The notes: generated by a model from the sequence alone, not told the origin. Shown: positions 23,645-36,761, counted from the first letter of the whole stretch. The stretch: 63,625 nt of DNA, filler included, from Octopus bimaculoides (GCF_001194135.2; 7 parts of 6 records of this genome joined end to end with filler, not necessarily neighbours in it), one strand, 5' to 3'. Numbers and translations: made by a program.

Positions 23645-23977
23645 ATACACACACACATATATATGATAGGCAAGAGCTACATATATTCAGAATAGAAATA
23701 ACGCAGCAATGCTGGAATGAATTTGAACTTAAACTCCGAATTCTTTATCCGGAACAAGGCTCACGGCGTCATGAGTGGCTATAAGAGAAATACAGGGCAA
23801 GCTGATATTGAGATATTGATGAAGATACACACAATTATACCCTACACACACATACATTTGCGCACACACACACATATATATAAACACACATAGATATGCG
23901 TTGATATACATAGATATATATATAACTACTTCTATTCATAAAGATAAACGCACATATACTTATATGTATATAGTTGA

Positions 23978-24165
23978 AATTTATAGGAAAACAAAAGACG
24001 AAGGCAGGTGTATGAACAACAAGCAGGTGTATTTGTTTGACGCTCGGGAAAATGAAAACGTCTTTTACATTTCGAGCCGACGCTCTTCAACAGAAATGAA
24101 AGGAATAAGAGAAAATAAACAGAGAGTGAATGAAAAAAAAACTTATAGATTGAGCAGTCAAGCTT
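23978..24165 (-). mobile_element. Penelope-like terminal repeat with hammerhead-like motif (copy 1 of 3)
   Basis: Homologous to 34468-34645 and 39925-40085; minus strand reads CTGTTGA A GAGC-GTCG-GCTC GAAA at 24070-24093. Confidence 0.6.
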
Positions 24166-24284
24166 ATGTATGCATATATATAAATATATTTATATAGAGC
24201 CTAAAAATTAAAGAATGCTAAGAAGAGAATATATAATTTCTTAACTTGACAGTTCTTTCAGGAAGCTGCTGCGAAATTTGTAGC

Positions 24285-24484
24285 CAAATTTCGTAACAGT
24301 TTCAGGGGAGGGAGCAAGTCGATTACATCGACCCCAGAACTCAAATGGTACTTATTCTATCAACCCCAAAGGATGAAAGGCAACGTCGATCTTGGTGGAA
24401 TTTGAATTCAGAACCTAAAGACTGACGAAATGCCGCTGAGCGTTTGCCCGGTTTGCTAACGATTCTGCTATCTCTGCTGCCTTA
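24285..24484 (-). mobile_element. SINE family C
   Basis: GTCGATTACATCGACCCCAG..AAGGATGAAAGGCAACGTCGA..GGAATTTGAATTCAGAAC. Confidence 0.85.
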
Positions 24485-24674
24485 GAGTGAAATATGATAT
24501 TAATAACATTGAAGTGCTGTTTTGATAAGAGGCAGTTGGCAACTGGGAGTAAACAATTGTTGAAAACTAGATTTTTCTACTGGTATTTGTTGTAGCTGTT
24601 GTTGTAATATGGATACATGTAATAATAATTCAAGATCTATATTAAAATAAATTTACGGCATGGATGTGTAGGAA

Positions 24675-24827
24675 AATGCGTAGCTGTGCTGAGAAGCTCA
24701 TTTCCCATCCACATGGTTTCGGGTTCAGTTCTACTGCGTGGCGTCCTATGCCAACGTCTTCTATTGCCTCGGACAGACCAGAACCTTGTGAATAGATTTG
24801 GCTGATGGAAACTGAAAGAAGCCCGTC

Positions 24828-24861
<34 letters not shown>

Positions 24862-25081
24862 NNNNNNNNNNNNNNNNNNNNNNNNNNNNNNNNNNNNNNN
24901 NNNNNNNNNNNNNNNNNNNNNNNNNNNNNNNNNNNNNNNNNNNNNNNNNNNNNNNNNNNNNNNNNNNNNNNNNNNNNNNNNNNNNNNNNNNNNNNNNNNN
25001 NNNNNNNNNNNNNNNNNNNNNNNNNNNNNNNNNNNNNNNNNNNNNNNNNNNNNNNNNNNNNNNNNNNNNNNNNNNNNNNNN

Positions 25082-25118
<37 letters not shown>

Positions 25119-25322
25119 GGTGTCTTTGTTGGTCTCCAACTGGTGTCGGTGTGTTTACGTCCCCATAACTGAGCGGTTTGGCAACAGAGACTGATAGAAT
25201 AAGTAGCAAACTTTAAAAAAAGATAAGTGCTAGGGTCGATTCATTCGACTAAAAGATTTTCAATGTGGTGCCCCAGCATGACCGCAGTCTAATGATTGAA
25301 ACAAGTAAAAGATAAAAGATAT
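24675..25322 (+). mobile_element. SINE family A with expanded internal (TA)n-gap-(TG)n
   Basis: Head 24680-24830 and tail 25120-25322 match the 14047 copy. Confidence 0.85.
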
Positions 25323-25528
25323 TATAACTGGGACACAATTGAATTTCTGGAAACTGGTTAAATTTGTAGAGAAACAACCAGAACCGTTGTTTGGCCGGAG
25401 ATCAATAAGAGAAATTCAAATTTATCCATATTATATACAGTCGCAACAAAACCATAGACTATGAATTATCAAAATACTATCGAAACTGCACGCAAACTAA
25501 ATCTCTATCTTTCCCTCTTTCTCTCTCG

Positions 25529-25564
<36 letters not shown>

Positions 25565-25571
25565 CACGCGC

Positions 25572-25624
<53 letters not shown>

Positions 25625-26132
25625 TATATATGTATATATATATAGTCTATGCACATATATTGCGCATAGACTACTTCAAAGTGCTCCAATAAATGTTACA
25701 TCAGCTGTATTAAAACTATGAATATATTTCTGGAGAAGCAATAACGTTGCGTTCAGTTATTGTATATGATATTATATTAAGTTATATCACCTCAAACCTA
25801 GTTTGTGGACGATTCTAATGAATTCTTCCATTTGTATTTTTGATATTTTCATCTCTGAATACAGCTAAAGTTGTATTGGTTGACCCAGTCAGGAGTAGAT
25901 ATTCTAGGCATAAATTGGTATGATTTGACTTTATATATAGTTTCAGTATATATAAATAGAGTTTTAATATATATAATATATATAAATATAGTTTCAACTA
26001 TATTTTTGACAAAGCGTGGCTTACCGGTTTGTTACCGCGACAGCATATAATCTGGCTAAATTTGAATTTTTCTTTTTTCCAGCAGACGACGATTTCCCGT
26101 TGCATCTCAACGATTAAACACACACATGCATG

Positions 26133-26194
<62 letters not shown>

Positions 26195-26367
26195 NNNNNN
26201 NNNNNNNNNNNNNNNNNNNNNNNNNNNNNNNNNNNNNNTTAATTAATTAANNNNNNNNNNNNNNNNNNNNNNNNNNNNNNNNNNNNNNNNNNNNATGAAG
26301 CAAACCATGGTAGGTCCGGTATCCAAGGAGTGTATCCTTTTTGGGGGGAACTCTCTGATGCTCCTTA

Positions 26368-27905
26368 TTTCAAAAGAAAACTATATTTAAATTCAACTTT
26401 TCTGATAGATATCTACTAGAGGAATCCGATGATGTCAATTATATATATTAAAAAAAATAAAATAAATAGCTACTGGGGCCAAATGTGCCGAAAAAAATGA
26501 TAAAGCCTAAAATAAATTCAAAACTTAAAACTTTCTTTTACCTCATATGATAGAGTTCATCAAGGCGAGTGTCTCGGTGCTTGCTAATCTTTTCAAAAGA
26601 TATCATTTACACACGGAAGTGTGTGAATAATATTCTTAAGGTCAGCATTTACTCACTCGCGACCACTTCTAGACTTTGTCACTAACTCAGTTTGTAGTCA
26701 AATTAGATGATGCTTACAGTTTTAGATCGTTCACATCATAAGCTACATTTCGAGCTAAGAAATTTGAAAATTGGTTCAGTAGAAAAATGTTTGAGTCAAA
26801 TATGTGAGGTCACAAACGGGAGAATAACGCCTGAAACCGACTTTGAGTCCAAATATTTTTTTTTAAATAAATCAAAATTTTCTTTTAGCTTATATGATTG
26901 ATCTCGACGACAGGAACCAATCCATGTTAGTTATACGCAAAAATATTCAGTAGAAAAAGTACTGAGGTAAAAACTGGCAAAAATAAAAAAAAAAGGTGAT
27001 TAACGCCTGATATCGACTTTGACTCAAAATATTATTCTTCTTTCAAAAGAAAACTATATTTAAATTTAACTTTATTTTTATAGATCTCGACTACAGAAAT
27101 CCCATGATGCTAATTATATAAAAAAAAATTTTTAATAAAAAACTATTGGGGCCAAATGTATCGAAAACAGTGGTAACGGCTAAAAGCAAAATCAGAACCT
27201 AAAGATTTTGTTTTTGCATAAAAATGTTGTTTTTGCTTAGCTCATAAGACGAGTGTCGTGGTGCTAATCTTTACAAAAATTATTCAAAATGACAAACGTT
27301 ATTATAAAAGCTAAATGTGTCAAAAGTAATATTATTACTTATTACAATACAAAGACGACAAGCTGGCAGAGTCGTTAACACGCAGGGTGAAAGCTTCGCG
27401 GCATTTCATCTGTCTCTGCATTCTGAGTTCAAATTGCGCCAAGATCGTCTTTTCCTTTTATCTGTTCTGTACTCGATAAAATGAGTATGAGCTGAGCACT
27501 GAAGTCGATATAATCAACTTCCGTCCCTTTCGGATTTGATGGCCTTCTGCCAAAATTGGAAACCAATATTGCAAAATGTTTGATTCAATTCAGTATTTAG
27601 GTATCTTGCAAAGATCTTCCTCATATTCATAGAATGCACTATATTGTAATAAATATTATTCACACACGGCAGTGTATGAATAATATTCTTAAGGTCAACA
27701 TTTACTCACTCGCGACCACTTCTAGACTTTTTCACTAATTCAGCTTTTTTTTTTTTTTTACTAAATTTGATGATGTTTATACATTTTTAGATTGGTCACC
27801 TCTTAAGCTACATTTTCAAATACAAAATTTGAAATTTGGTTCAGTAGAAAAAAAATCGAGATTTCAAATGTGTCAAAAAGGGGAGAATTACGCCTGAAAT
27901 CAACT
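26368..27905. repeat. Diverged tandem duplication (unit about 670 bp) with a nested subrepeat; second unit interrupted by a SINE
   Basis: TTTCAAAAGAAAACTATATTTAAAT at 26368 and 27041; CACACGG..TTCTTAAGGTCA.CATTTACTCACTCGCGACCACTTCTAGACTTT at 26610 and 27663; ACGCCTGA..ACTT.GA at about 26826, 27002 and 27889. Confidence 0.85.
27354..27570 (+). mobile_element. SINE family C
   Basis: AGCTGGCAGAGTCGTTAACACG..TTCTGAGTTCAAATT..GCCAAAATTGGAAACCAATATT. Confidence 0.8.
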
Positions 27906-27943
27906 TCGAGGATATACATGCGATGCTGCATACATACTTTTGT

Positions 27944-27992
<49 letters not shown>

Positions 27993-29219
27993 CATACTTA
28001 CACTTACACACAATGCACATACACACACATGCACATACACATAAGTAACTTTTAAAACGCCTATGAAGAGAAACAAAGGTGAGTGTGATGAATACGTAGC
28101 TTTAGAGAGGGGGTAAGGTGACAACAACTGATGACGACTGGACTCTTTTCTGCTGTCCATCGTAAGTAAACACTCACACACAGATACACACGCACACACA
28201 TACACACATACACACATACATACATACATACTTATTGCAGAAAAATGTTACTGAGGTTTAAAGTTTAATCATTTTCACCTAATCAGGAAACAGGATTTAG
28301 AAGCTGGCATTTTCTGCGTTTTAGTTGTCTATCACACAATGAGATCATTATACGAGGAGGAATTTTCATTAAACCAACGAAATCAAAGCACTACGACGAC
28401 CAAAGTCGTAAGAACTTCTGAAGTCTTAATAATCTTTTTTTTTTTACGTTTAAACTTTAATTTAATATTAAGAGTAGCAGAATTTAGATTGCCTTACGGT
28501 GGATGCATTGGCTATTTTTGCATTTTTTAAATTTTATATTAACCAAGGCTTTACTATGCATATGATCAGATTCTCTTCTTACTGTATAGTTGATATATTC
28601 TCATACCTCTTCTTGCTAGCTATTCTGACTATATATAGATGTAACTCATTTATTTCTTGATTTTATAATAAAATTAGTACTACATCAATATTCATTATTG
28701 TACAGAAAATTATTTTTCATAATGAATTTTCGCACTTTGTTTTGGTGCGTTCGTATTATGCACTTAGTTTCAATATAAAAATTTTATATACAGTTAAGAT
28801 ATAAAATGTAATATTTTTTTACAATTATAGTTACATTTCTCATTATCCTAAAAAATTATTAATTTTAAAGGGAATAAATATTACAGGCAGGTTTCATTTA
28901 ATTAACACAAAACAAGCATTTATTTATTTATAATAACATCGCTTGCATGCTTTCATTTTGATGCTTTGCTTTATAGGGAGTGGGGTTGCATTGAACACAG
29001 GGCCTAACAATAATAATGAAGAAAAAATAATGAAAAAAAAAATAATCCGCGGCCTTCCGTCTCAATAAACCACTATTGTTCCTGAAAGTTTTTTTTTTTT
29101 TTTTTTTTTCATATTTACAACGGATTCTTCGAAGATAACTTTCTTTCTACACCTTACATTTAACTCAATAAAGGATGTACTCAAGATAATACAATTCGTG
29201 CCATACGCTTCATTAGCAC

Positions 29220-29619
29220 TGTTCTAGCTGTGCATTTATACGCAAATGAGACGTTGGGTACCGCGAATAGGATAGTACATCGACTGGCTACGATGCAAAG
29301 GACTATGGAAAGATCCATGCTAGAAATATCATTACGAGAGCATGTTCGAAATAATATAATTCGAGAATGGAGCGGAGTGAAAGATGTGATTGCAGAATAC
29401 TGAAAGCAGAAGTTCTGCTGGTCCGGACATGTCACAAGGTTCACAGAGAACAGATGGACCAGTGCAGTTGTCGAATGGCATCCAAGAGATAGGAAAAGGC
29501 CATTTGGATGGCCTCCACGACGATGGGAAGATGAGTTAGTAAAGCAATTTAGGTCAAAATAGAAAAGAATAGCGCAATCAAGACAGAATTGGAAACGCAT
29601 TGGGACCAACATTGTATAA
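29220..29619 (+). pseudogene. RTE-clade LINE ORF 3' end
   Basis: One frame reads MQRTMERSMLEISLREHVRNNIIREWSGVKDVIAEY*KQKFCWSGHVTRFTENRWTSAVVEWHPRDRKRPFGWPPRRWEDEL, a typical RTE C-terminus. Confidence 0.9.
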
Positions 29620-30006
29620 CAGCATCTGATGGTTTCGACGATACTGTAATACTGTGATATTTTTCTCCAACGCGCTAACGATTCTGCCAATCCACCGCCT
29701 TGTTGTGCAATAATTTTAATATACCATATTTGATAGCATATAAGACGCCCTTTGCCGCCGCAAAAATGTCTCAAAATATCACCCAGGTCGGTCCTATATG
29801 CCGAATTGGGTTCCCCATTAGTTAACTTGTCCCTGACACTGAATATGCGCAACTGAAATTGGGGTGCGTTTAATATGTCTATNNNNNNNNNNNNNNNNNN
29901 NNNNNNNNNNNNNNNNNNNNNNNNNNTTAATTAATTAANNNNNNNNNNNNNNNNNNNNNNNNNNNNNNNNNNNNNNNNNNNNTATATATATATATATATA
30001 TATACA

Positions 30007-30042
<36 letters not shown>

Positions 30043-30624
30043 TGTATGTATGTGTCAGAGAAATGCAATTTATGACTTCCGAATGAACTTTTGTTAAAAT
30101 TTGATTGGAAGCAAAAATGTTTGATGGCGTGTGGAATTGCTTGGAAAGGCCTACAAAACCGATTAATGGCTTGTATGTAAATCAGCCTACCATAGTTTCT
30201 GCGTTAAGAACAGAAGCGCATAGAATTTCTAATTTTATTTTAACCTTCCACCGTACAATTTTAAAGATGACACAAACTAATTTTGTCTCTGCTGAAGTCT
30301 ATCAAAACGGTGCCGTTATCTAAGCAGAAATTACCGTTTTATTCATTTCTGACGAATTACATAGTTGAAGGGCAGTCTGTTTTGATAATAGTAGAAGGCG
30401 AAATCAAGAACAGGTTTGTATGCACCAGGGTGTTTGGGAATCATTAAAGGACTTGGGGGTGAGAAGTAACTTCTTGCACCCTTATCTGTTTCCACAAAAC
30501 GTTGCTTCGTGGGAAAAAGTAGCATAATATAGATATTTAGTAAATATGTTACATGAATATTGGCTTGGAATTTTGGCACTAACGATTCTGCCAGCTCACC
30601 GCATTTATGTGAAATGAGTATTGA

Positions 30625-30835
30625 TTTCAAATTTTGGCACAAGGCGAGCAATTCTGGAAGAGGGGATAAGTTGATTATATCGTCCCCCAGAGCTAAATCA
30701 GTACGTATTTACCGGTCCCGAAAGGTGGAAAAGCAAAGTCGACCTCGGTGGAATTTGAACTCAGAACATAAAGCCGGACGAAGTGCCGCTAAGCGTTTGC
30801 CTGGTGCGCAAACGATTTTTCCAGTTCGCCGCCTT
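30625..30835 (-). mobile_element. SINE family C, plus a head fragment at 30578-30606
   Basis: GCAAAGTCGACCTCGGTGGAATTTGAACTCAGAAC..GCTAAGCGTTTGCC. Confidence 0.85.
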
Positions 30836-32024
30836 TTGTTACCTGAATATGGCCATTACTATTTGTATTTCATGGAATTATCTGAAGAGAATATAAAGGG
30901 GGTATTTTCGTTCTTTTCCTTTGGCCCTTTATTTGCACTTGACATCATTTCGCTGGATGACACAAGAAAAGGTCGCCATATTTGCCTTCCCTACTGAAAA
31001 GATAGAGAACTTAATCAAACACTGTCTAAAAAAATAGAGGACTCATTAAAAAACGTATCAACGATCACATCTAGAAAGCTTTTGACTAAAGACATGAAGA
31101 TTATCCTGGGGCTATACAATAATAATATTTTACAGTCATGTTCGTTCGTCTGTTTAATATCAACAAACTTAATAAGAGTATTCAGTGAGATATTTTGTTG
31201 TATTTCTGCATATCATACTTGGCAAGTCTTATAAGACTTTTCAATACTCTCGTTAGTTTTTATAAATTATCTAATATTCTAAATGTATATTGACGTCTGC
31301 AATAGTCTAAATATATTTCTTATATTAACACGATTGTTAAATTATTTTACGCAAACTTAAATTCATATAGATAATATATTTTGTTGTTTATATTAATTTT
31401 ACACCAACTAAAATACACAAAGAAGTGGTGCAATTATTTACTTCGCCTGGAATTTATGGTTTGTTCACTTCGCAAATAAAAGCATTTATTTTTAGAAGGT
31501 GTAGAATAGTTAGCTTCCTCAAACAATGCTTATAAACATAGATACGTATATACATACAAGCATACGTACATCCACATACATGCATAATATATATTGGCAA
31601 ATATTTTAAAACTTATATTCGTATGTCGTCGTACACATGTACGTGTACACATATATACATACATATTTGTATGTATGTATATATNNNNNNNNNNNNNNNN
31701 NNNNNNNNNNNNNNNNNNNNNNNNNNNNNNNNNNNNNNNNNNNNNNNNNNNNNNNNNNNNNNNNNNNNNNNNNNNNNNNNNNNNNNNNNNNNNNNNNNNN
31801 NNNNNNNNNNNNNNNNNNNNNNNNNNNNNNNNNNNNNNNNNNNNNNNNNNNNNNNNNNNNNNNNNNNNNNNNNNNNNNNNNNNNNNNNNNNNNNNNNNNN
31901 NNNNNNNNNNNNNNNNNNNNNNNNNNNNNNNNNNNNNNNNNNNNNNNNNNNNNNNNNNNNNNNNNNNNNNNNNNNNNNNNNNNNNNNNNNNNNNNNNNNN
32001 NNNNNNNNNNNNNNNNNNNNNNNN

Positions 32025-32074
32025 TGAGAGGGTTTCTCCGTTCAGTTCTCCAACTGAACGGAGGAACCCTCTCA
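32025..32074. other. 23-bp stem, 4-nt loop hairpin
   Basis: TGAGAGGGTTTCTCCGTTCAGTT ctcc AACTGAACGGAGGAACCCTCTCA, with a single T-G wobble. Confidence 0.85.
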
Positions 32075-32923
32075 ATAAAAATGAAGACAAAAATACAAAC
32101 AGAAACATTCCATTTGCAGTCTCCCATAGTACTTTAAACCATAAGATCTTATGTTTGATCAAATGACACCTATTCCTATGCCAATCAATAAATCTCAGAA
32201 AGACAACGCGTCAAATGTTACAACAGCCGGAGACAATCACCAAGTCTTAAACAACGCTTAACAAAGGTGAAATACGAAGAGAGAAGTAATGCAAGTAACA
32301 AGATTTAGAGACATCAGTTGTGGAAAGTGTGAAATGGTTGAAGAAATCAAAACAGAAAAGAAATTTAAAGAATAGGTAGAAGTCGAAGGTTAATGAAAGT
32401 ATGAATTGCAAAACAAAAAATTCACATTTACTGCATCGCATGCCCAGTGGGAGATGAGAATTGTATCGGCCAAACATGATCAAAATTTTATGAAACAGTG
32501 TTAAGGTATTGAAACGAATAAAAAATTCATCGCTTAGAAATATATGTTGTCGTGAACATTCAAGATTTTTTTTTTCTACAAATCGAAAATTCAAAACATT
32601 CTTTTTTGTAAAAGATGAAATCAGAATATGATCAACTACGAAAGGCAAAAGTAGAATATATTATAAGAATTCTAACAGAGAAACTAAAATGGCTATAGCC
32701 AACACTACTACTAAAACATCTTCTGAATAGCTTAACCCTATAACACAAGTGTCTGAAAAGCTGCAAGCAACGAAAACGCTTACACGTTACGAGCGCTTCC
32801 TTCTAAAATGTTTGTATCATTCTCTTTTTAAGATTTTTATGCAAATAAAAATATAGTTCATGAAAAATTTTACCTCAAATATTGTAACTACATCGCAAGA
32901 ATACTTTCTAAAGTCATATTCAA

Positions 32924-32980
32924 TACATACATACATACATACATACATACATACATACATACATACATACATACATACAT
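32924..32980. repeat. (ACAT)n microsatellite with no RLE insertion
   Basis: Direct inspection. Confidence 0.95.
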
Positions 32981-33069
32981 AACTATATGTCTCAAAAGCA
33001 GATATATATATATATATATAAAATTTAGATATGTTTCAACCAAAGATTGGTCCAGACCATGTCTAACTT

Positions 33070-33212
33070 AATAGCTCCACCTGAAAGTACCCGGGATAAT
33101 CCTGATTCCAAAACAGTATAATATGTCTAAATAGAGCAAATGTAGACTGAAATACAGGGGTCCCGGACAGACAGACAGGCAAACAGAATTTCACGTTTAT
33201 TATAAATATATG
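33070..33212 (-). mobile_element. Possible degenerate Helitron or HINE end fragment
   Basis: (GACA)n followed by TTTCACGTTTATTATAAATATA, reminiscent of Lep1-like ends; termini not intact. Confidence 0.3.
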
Positions 33213-34416
33213 CGTGTGTGTGTGTACACACACATGGCACGTGCATCTTTGTAAGTGTTTCTGTGTGTGTGTTTGTTGAAGTGGGTATAAAATTACCTTT
33301 AGAGACCTACAGAAAAGGAGATGAAACAAAGAATGAAGAGTAAAGTACATACAATTGAGTAGCAAAGCAGAAGATGATACATAACAGCTGAAAGAATTTA
33401 CCTGAGTATTGTAATATGGAGGAATATGTATTGATCTTTGATAATTTTAGGCTATTTATTATTCAATTGCTATTTCTCGTTCGTTTTCATAGAAGTCAGG
33501 AGATCATTATGTAAATGTTTAAGTATTTATATATTTGTGCCCCGAATGCAAATTTGTATGTAATCATGTAATTATGTATGCATATATGTATGACCATATT
33601 TATGTACGTAATGGAATATGTATTATTTACACATGCACAATACACACACACATATACATATAGATATATATATGTGTGTGTATGTTTGTGTGTATGTGTG
33701 CATGTTTAGCGAAATGTTATAAGATCATTAAACGATCTATGTAACGTAATACAATATCTTTTCTCTTTGTTTCCATTCACTGGAATCATCTACTTACCTG
33801 CATAACTACTTTGCTTAACTACTTAACTGCATTGCTCCAAGGTTTTTGCAAATATATCATTTATTAATGTAAATGAGTATGTGTACATCGAAATGCATAT
33901 TTCATAAACATTTTTCTCATATATATATATTAAATGTTCACAAGCACATTAACGCATCATACAGACATAAGGAAACATGCTAGTATGTATATGTGTGTGC
34001 TTGTATTAAACATATGAAGAGCCGTTGATGTATTTATTAATATGAACTTTCGTGAACATGTGTTTCAGAGAGTGTGAGAGGGCGCACGTTAATAGCATCG
34101 ATAAATAAAGATAATTTATCATTTAGTATCGTGGTGTGGAGTGCAACGTGAGATGTGCCACATATGTACATATATCCAAGCTTCGCCGGTTTAATCTTAT
34201 ATATCGATGTAAAGTTTCAAGTGTCCAGTATAACTTAAAAGTATTGGTGTATATTGTTTGAATATGTACCAATAAAGTATATTACCGAGTTTAATGATTA
34301 TTACACATCGATATATGGGTATATTTTCAACATAATATATTACAACGAGAAAATGGAGAGTTTTAATTGAAAAAATTTTACCAGTCAGAATTCTCCATAT
34401 TTTCCTTGTAATATAT

Positions 34417-34467
<51 letters not shown>

Positions 34468-34470
<3 letters not shown>

Positions 34471-34645
34471 GGGGAATTCACAAAAAGCAACAGACGAAGA
34501 GTTGGTGTAGAAAACAAACAGATGTATTAGTATAACGCTCGGGAATTGAAAAAGTCTTTAACGTTTCAAGCCTACACTCTTCCACAGAAAGGAACACAGA
34601 AAGAAACAAGGAGAGAAAATAAAGAATGTGTAGTGGTTAGCGATC
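34468..34645 (-). mobile_element. Penelope-like terminal repeat with hammerhead-like motif (copy 2 of 3)
   Basis: Minus strand reads CTGTGGA A GAGT-GTAG-GCTT GAAAC GTT at about 34560-34587. Confidence 0.6.
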
Positions 34646-34883
34646 TCTCTCTCTCTCTCTCTCTNNNNNNNNNNNNNNNNNNNNNNNNNNNNNNNNNNNN
34701 NNNNNNNNNNNNNNNNNNNNNNNNNNNNNNNNNNNNNNNNNNNNNNNNNNNNNNNNNNNNNNNNNNNNNNNNNNNNNNNNNNNNNNNNNNNNNNNNNNNN
34801 NNNNNNNNNNNNNNNNNNNNNNNNNNNNNNNNNNNNNNNNNNNNNNNNNNNNNNNNNNNNNNNNNNNNNNNNNNNNNNNNNNN

Positions 34884-34915
<32 letters not shown>

Positions 34916-34937
34916 GCATAAATTGAAAAATGAGATA

Positions 34938-34966
34938 CATTATTATCATCATCATCATCATCATCA

Positions 34967-35001
<35 letters not shown>
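34938..35001. repeat. (ATC)n(ATT)n microsatellite
   Basis: Direct inspection. Confidence 0.95.
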
Positions 35002-36245
35002 GTGAATAGTCTTTTAAGCATTTCTAAAAAGGAAATACTTTGAATTCTTCCAAATTTCTTTGTGTTCTTTGAGTAGCCTTTTCCTAGTTCTGACTGTAGA
35101 ACTTGTTGTTGGTGTATTCTGCTTCGTTCATCTAAAAGCCATATATGGTGTGCACAGACTAGTTTCACCGAACAAAATCCGTGCAGTCTCTTGTTACAAT
35201 CAATATATGGATATGGAGCTTTAAGGAGATAATCTGTGAAGTGATCAGATTTGCTATTAGCCCCCGTTTGAGGTCAGCTCAGACATTTTATGCATTGGTT
35301 ATTTTGTTACTTGACATCTGTCTATATAACTGAATGCTAATGAACCTTTTGTAACCTACAGAATTTTTTTCACTAATTACGTACTAATTTATTTTTTCTG
35401 TAATATCGTTTAGATTTTAGTCAATTAATGATTTTTTTAATCAAGTGTTGCCGTTTCTTACTGTTAGTGATTCTCATCGGTTAATTGTGTTCATAATTTA
35501 TCATTTTAAAAATCTTTATCCGTCGTAATAATAATCATTCGGTTTTTTTACCAAGTTTTTGTTAAGTTAATTGAATTATCGTTCTTTTTCTTCTCCTTAG
35601 AGTCTTTCTTTGATGTTATAAACGCCAGTGGGAAATTTAATTATCGTACCGATATGATCATCAAAATATTTATCTCTTCCTCTATACGGAATAAAGTTGG
35701 ACATTTTCCTGACAATGAAATTATTATCTCAATATCGAGTTAGACGGAAATGGCGATTAAAATTTTCAAAATTCGTTTTCAGTTTGCCAATATTTAATAA
35801 AGTTGTAGGAGTAAATCTGTATCCACCCCAATAATAAATCAGTTTTAGTTTTGTTTAAAATTGATTTCGACAAGCTGAATTTAATTTTTCAGTTAATGTT
35901 TTGTGGGAATTTTTTGTTACTTTCTCCTATCGGATTTAGTATCCATTGGCGTATATTCGTCCTAAAAATTGATTTCTAATATGACATCTTTTTTTTCTGT
36001 GACTGAGATTCCAGCTACCTCAATGTGGGTTTCCGAATGATCCGTGCTCTCTGTGGTGTCTCATCTCAACTGCTTCGTTTTCACCGACATAAATCCATCT
36101 TTAAAAAGATAAGCTATATATTCTTGTTTAACAATAATTGTATGACTATTTTACATTTAAATCTTAAAAAGTGGGTGGCCGGTGACCTTATAGTTTCGTA
36201 AACATACTGCAGACTGTAACAAATCTATTTGTAATACATACATAC

Positions 36246-36276
<31 letters not shown>

Positions 36277-36294
36277 CATACATACATACATACA

Positions 36295-36671
36295 AGCATA
36301 GGATTCTCAAAACCACAAAGGGGAAAGCTCATTCGAAGACTGCAGATCCAATCCATCACTGGAGCTGTAAAAATCTGTAAAACTTTTCAGAAGTTTATCA
36401 TATAAGTGATATGAACATATCTAGATATGCAACTATATGCATGAGAATACATACATAAATGAAAACATACAAATCTGCATATACACATACATACACTCAT
36501 ACACACATACATACACACACACATACATACATACATACATACATACACACACACGTACAAACAAAAATCCTGTTGCTGGTGATGAAATTCCAATGTAGGT
36601 GCTTTAGATCTAGGTTAGAAACCGGCTCTTTTTCTATTGGCAAGAAATATTAAAATAAAACTGAATAATGA
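36295..36671 (+). mobile_element. 5'-truncated RLE-type non-LTR retrotransposon (copy 2)
   Basis: IGFSKPQRGKLIRRLQIQSITGAVKICKTFQKFII* (36298-36405), then a 3' UTR homologous to 430-658; (ACAT)n on both sides. Confidence 0.7.
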
Positions 36672-36725
36672 CATACATACATATATTCATACATACATAG
36701 ACACACACACGCACGCACTCGTAAA

Positions 36726-36761
<36 letters not shown>

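Noticed and set aside
29181-29852. 223-aa minus-strand ORF, the longest gap-free ORF
   Set aside because: It is antisense to the decayed RTE ORF on the plus strand, not a host gene.
34995-35200. Possible LINE 3' end with an (AAT)n tail on the minus strand
   Set aside because: The translation gave no recognisable motif, so it cannot be assigned.
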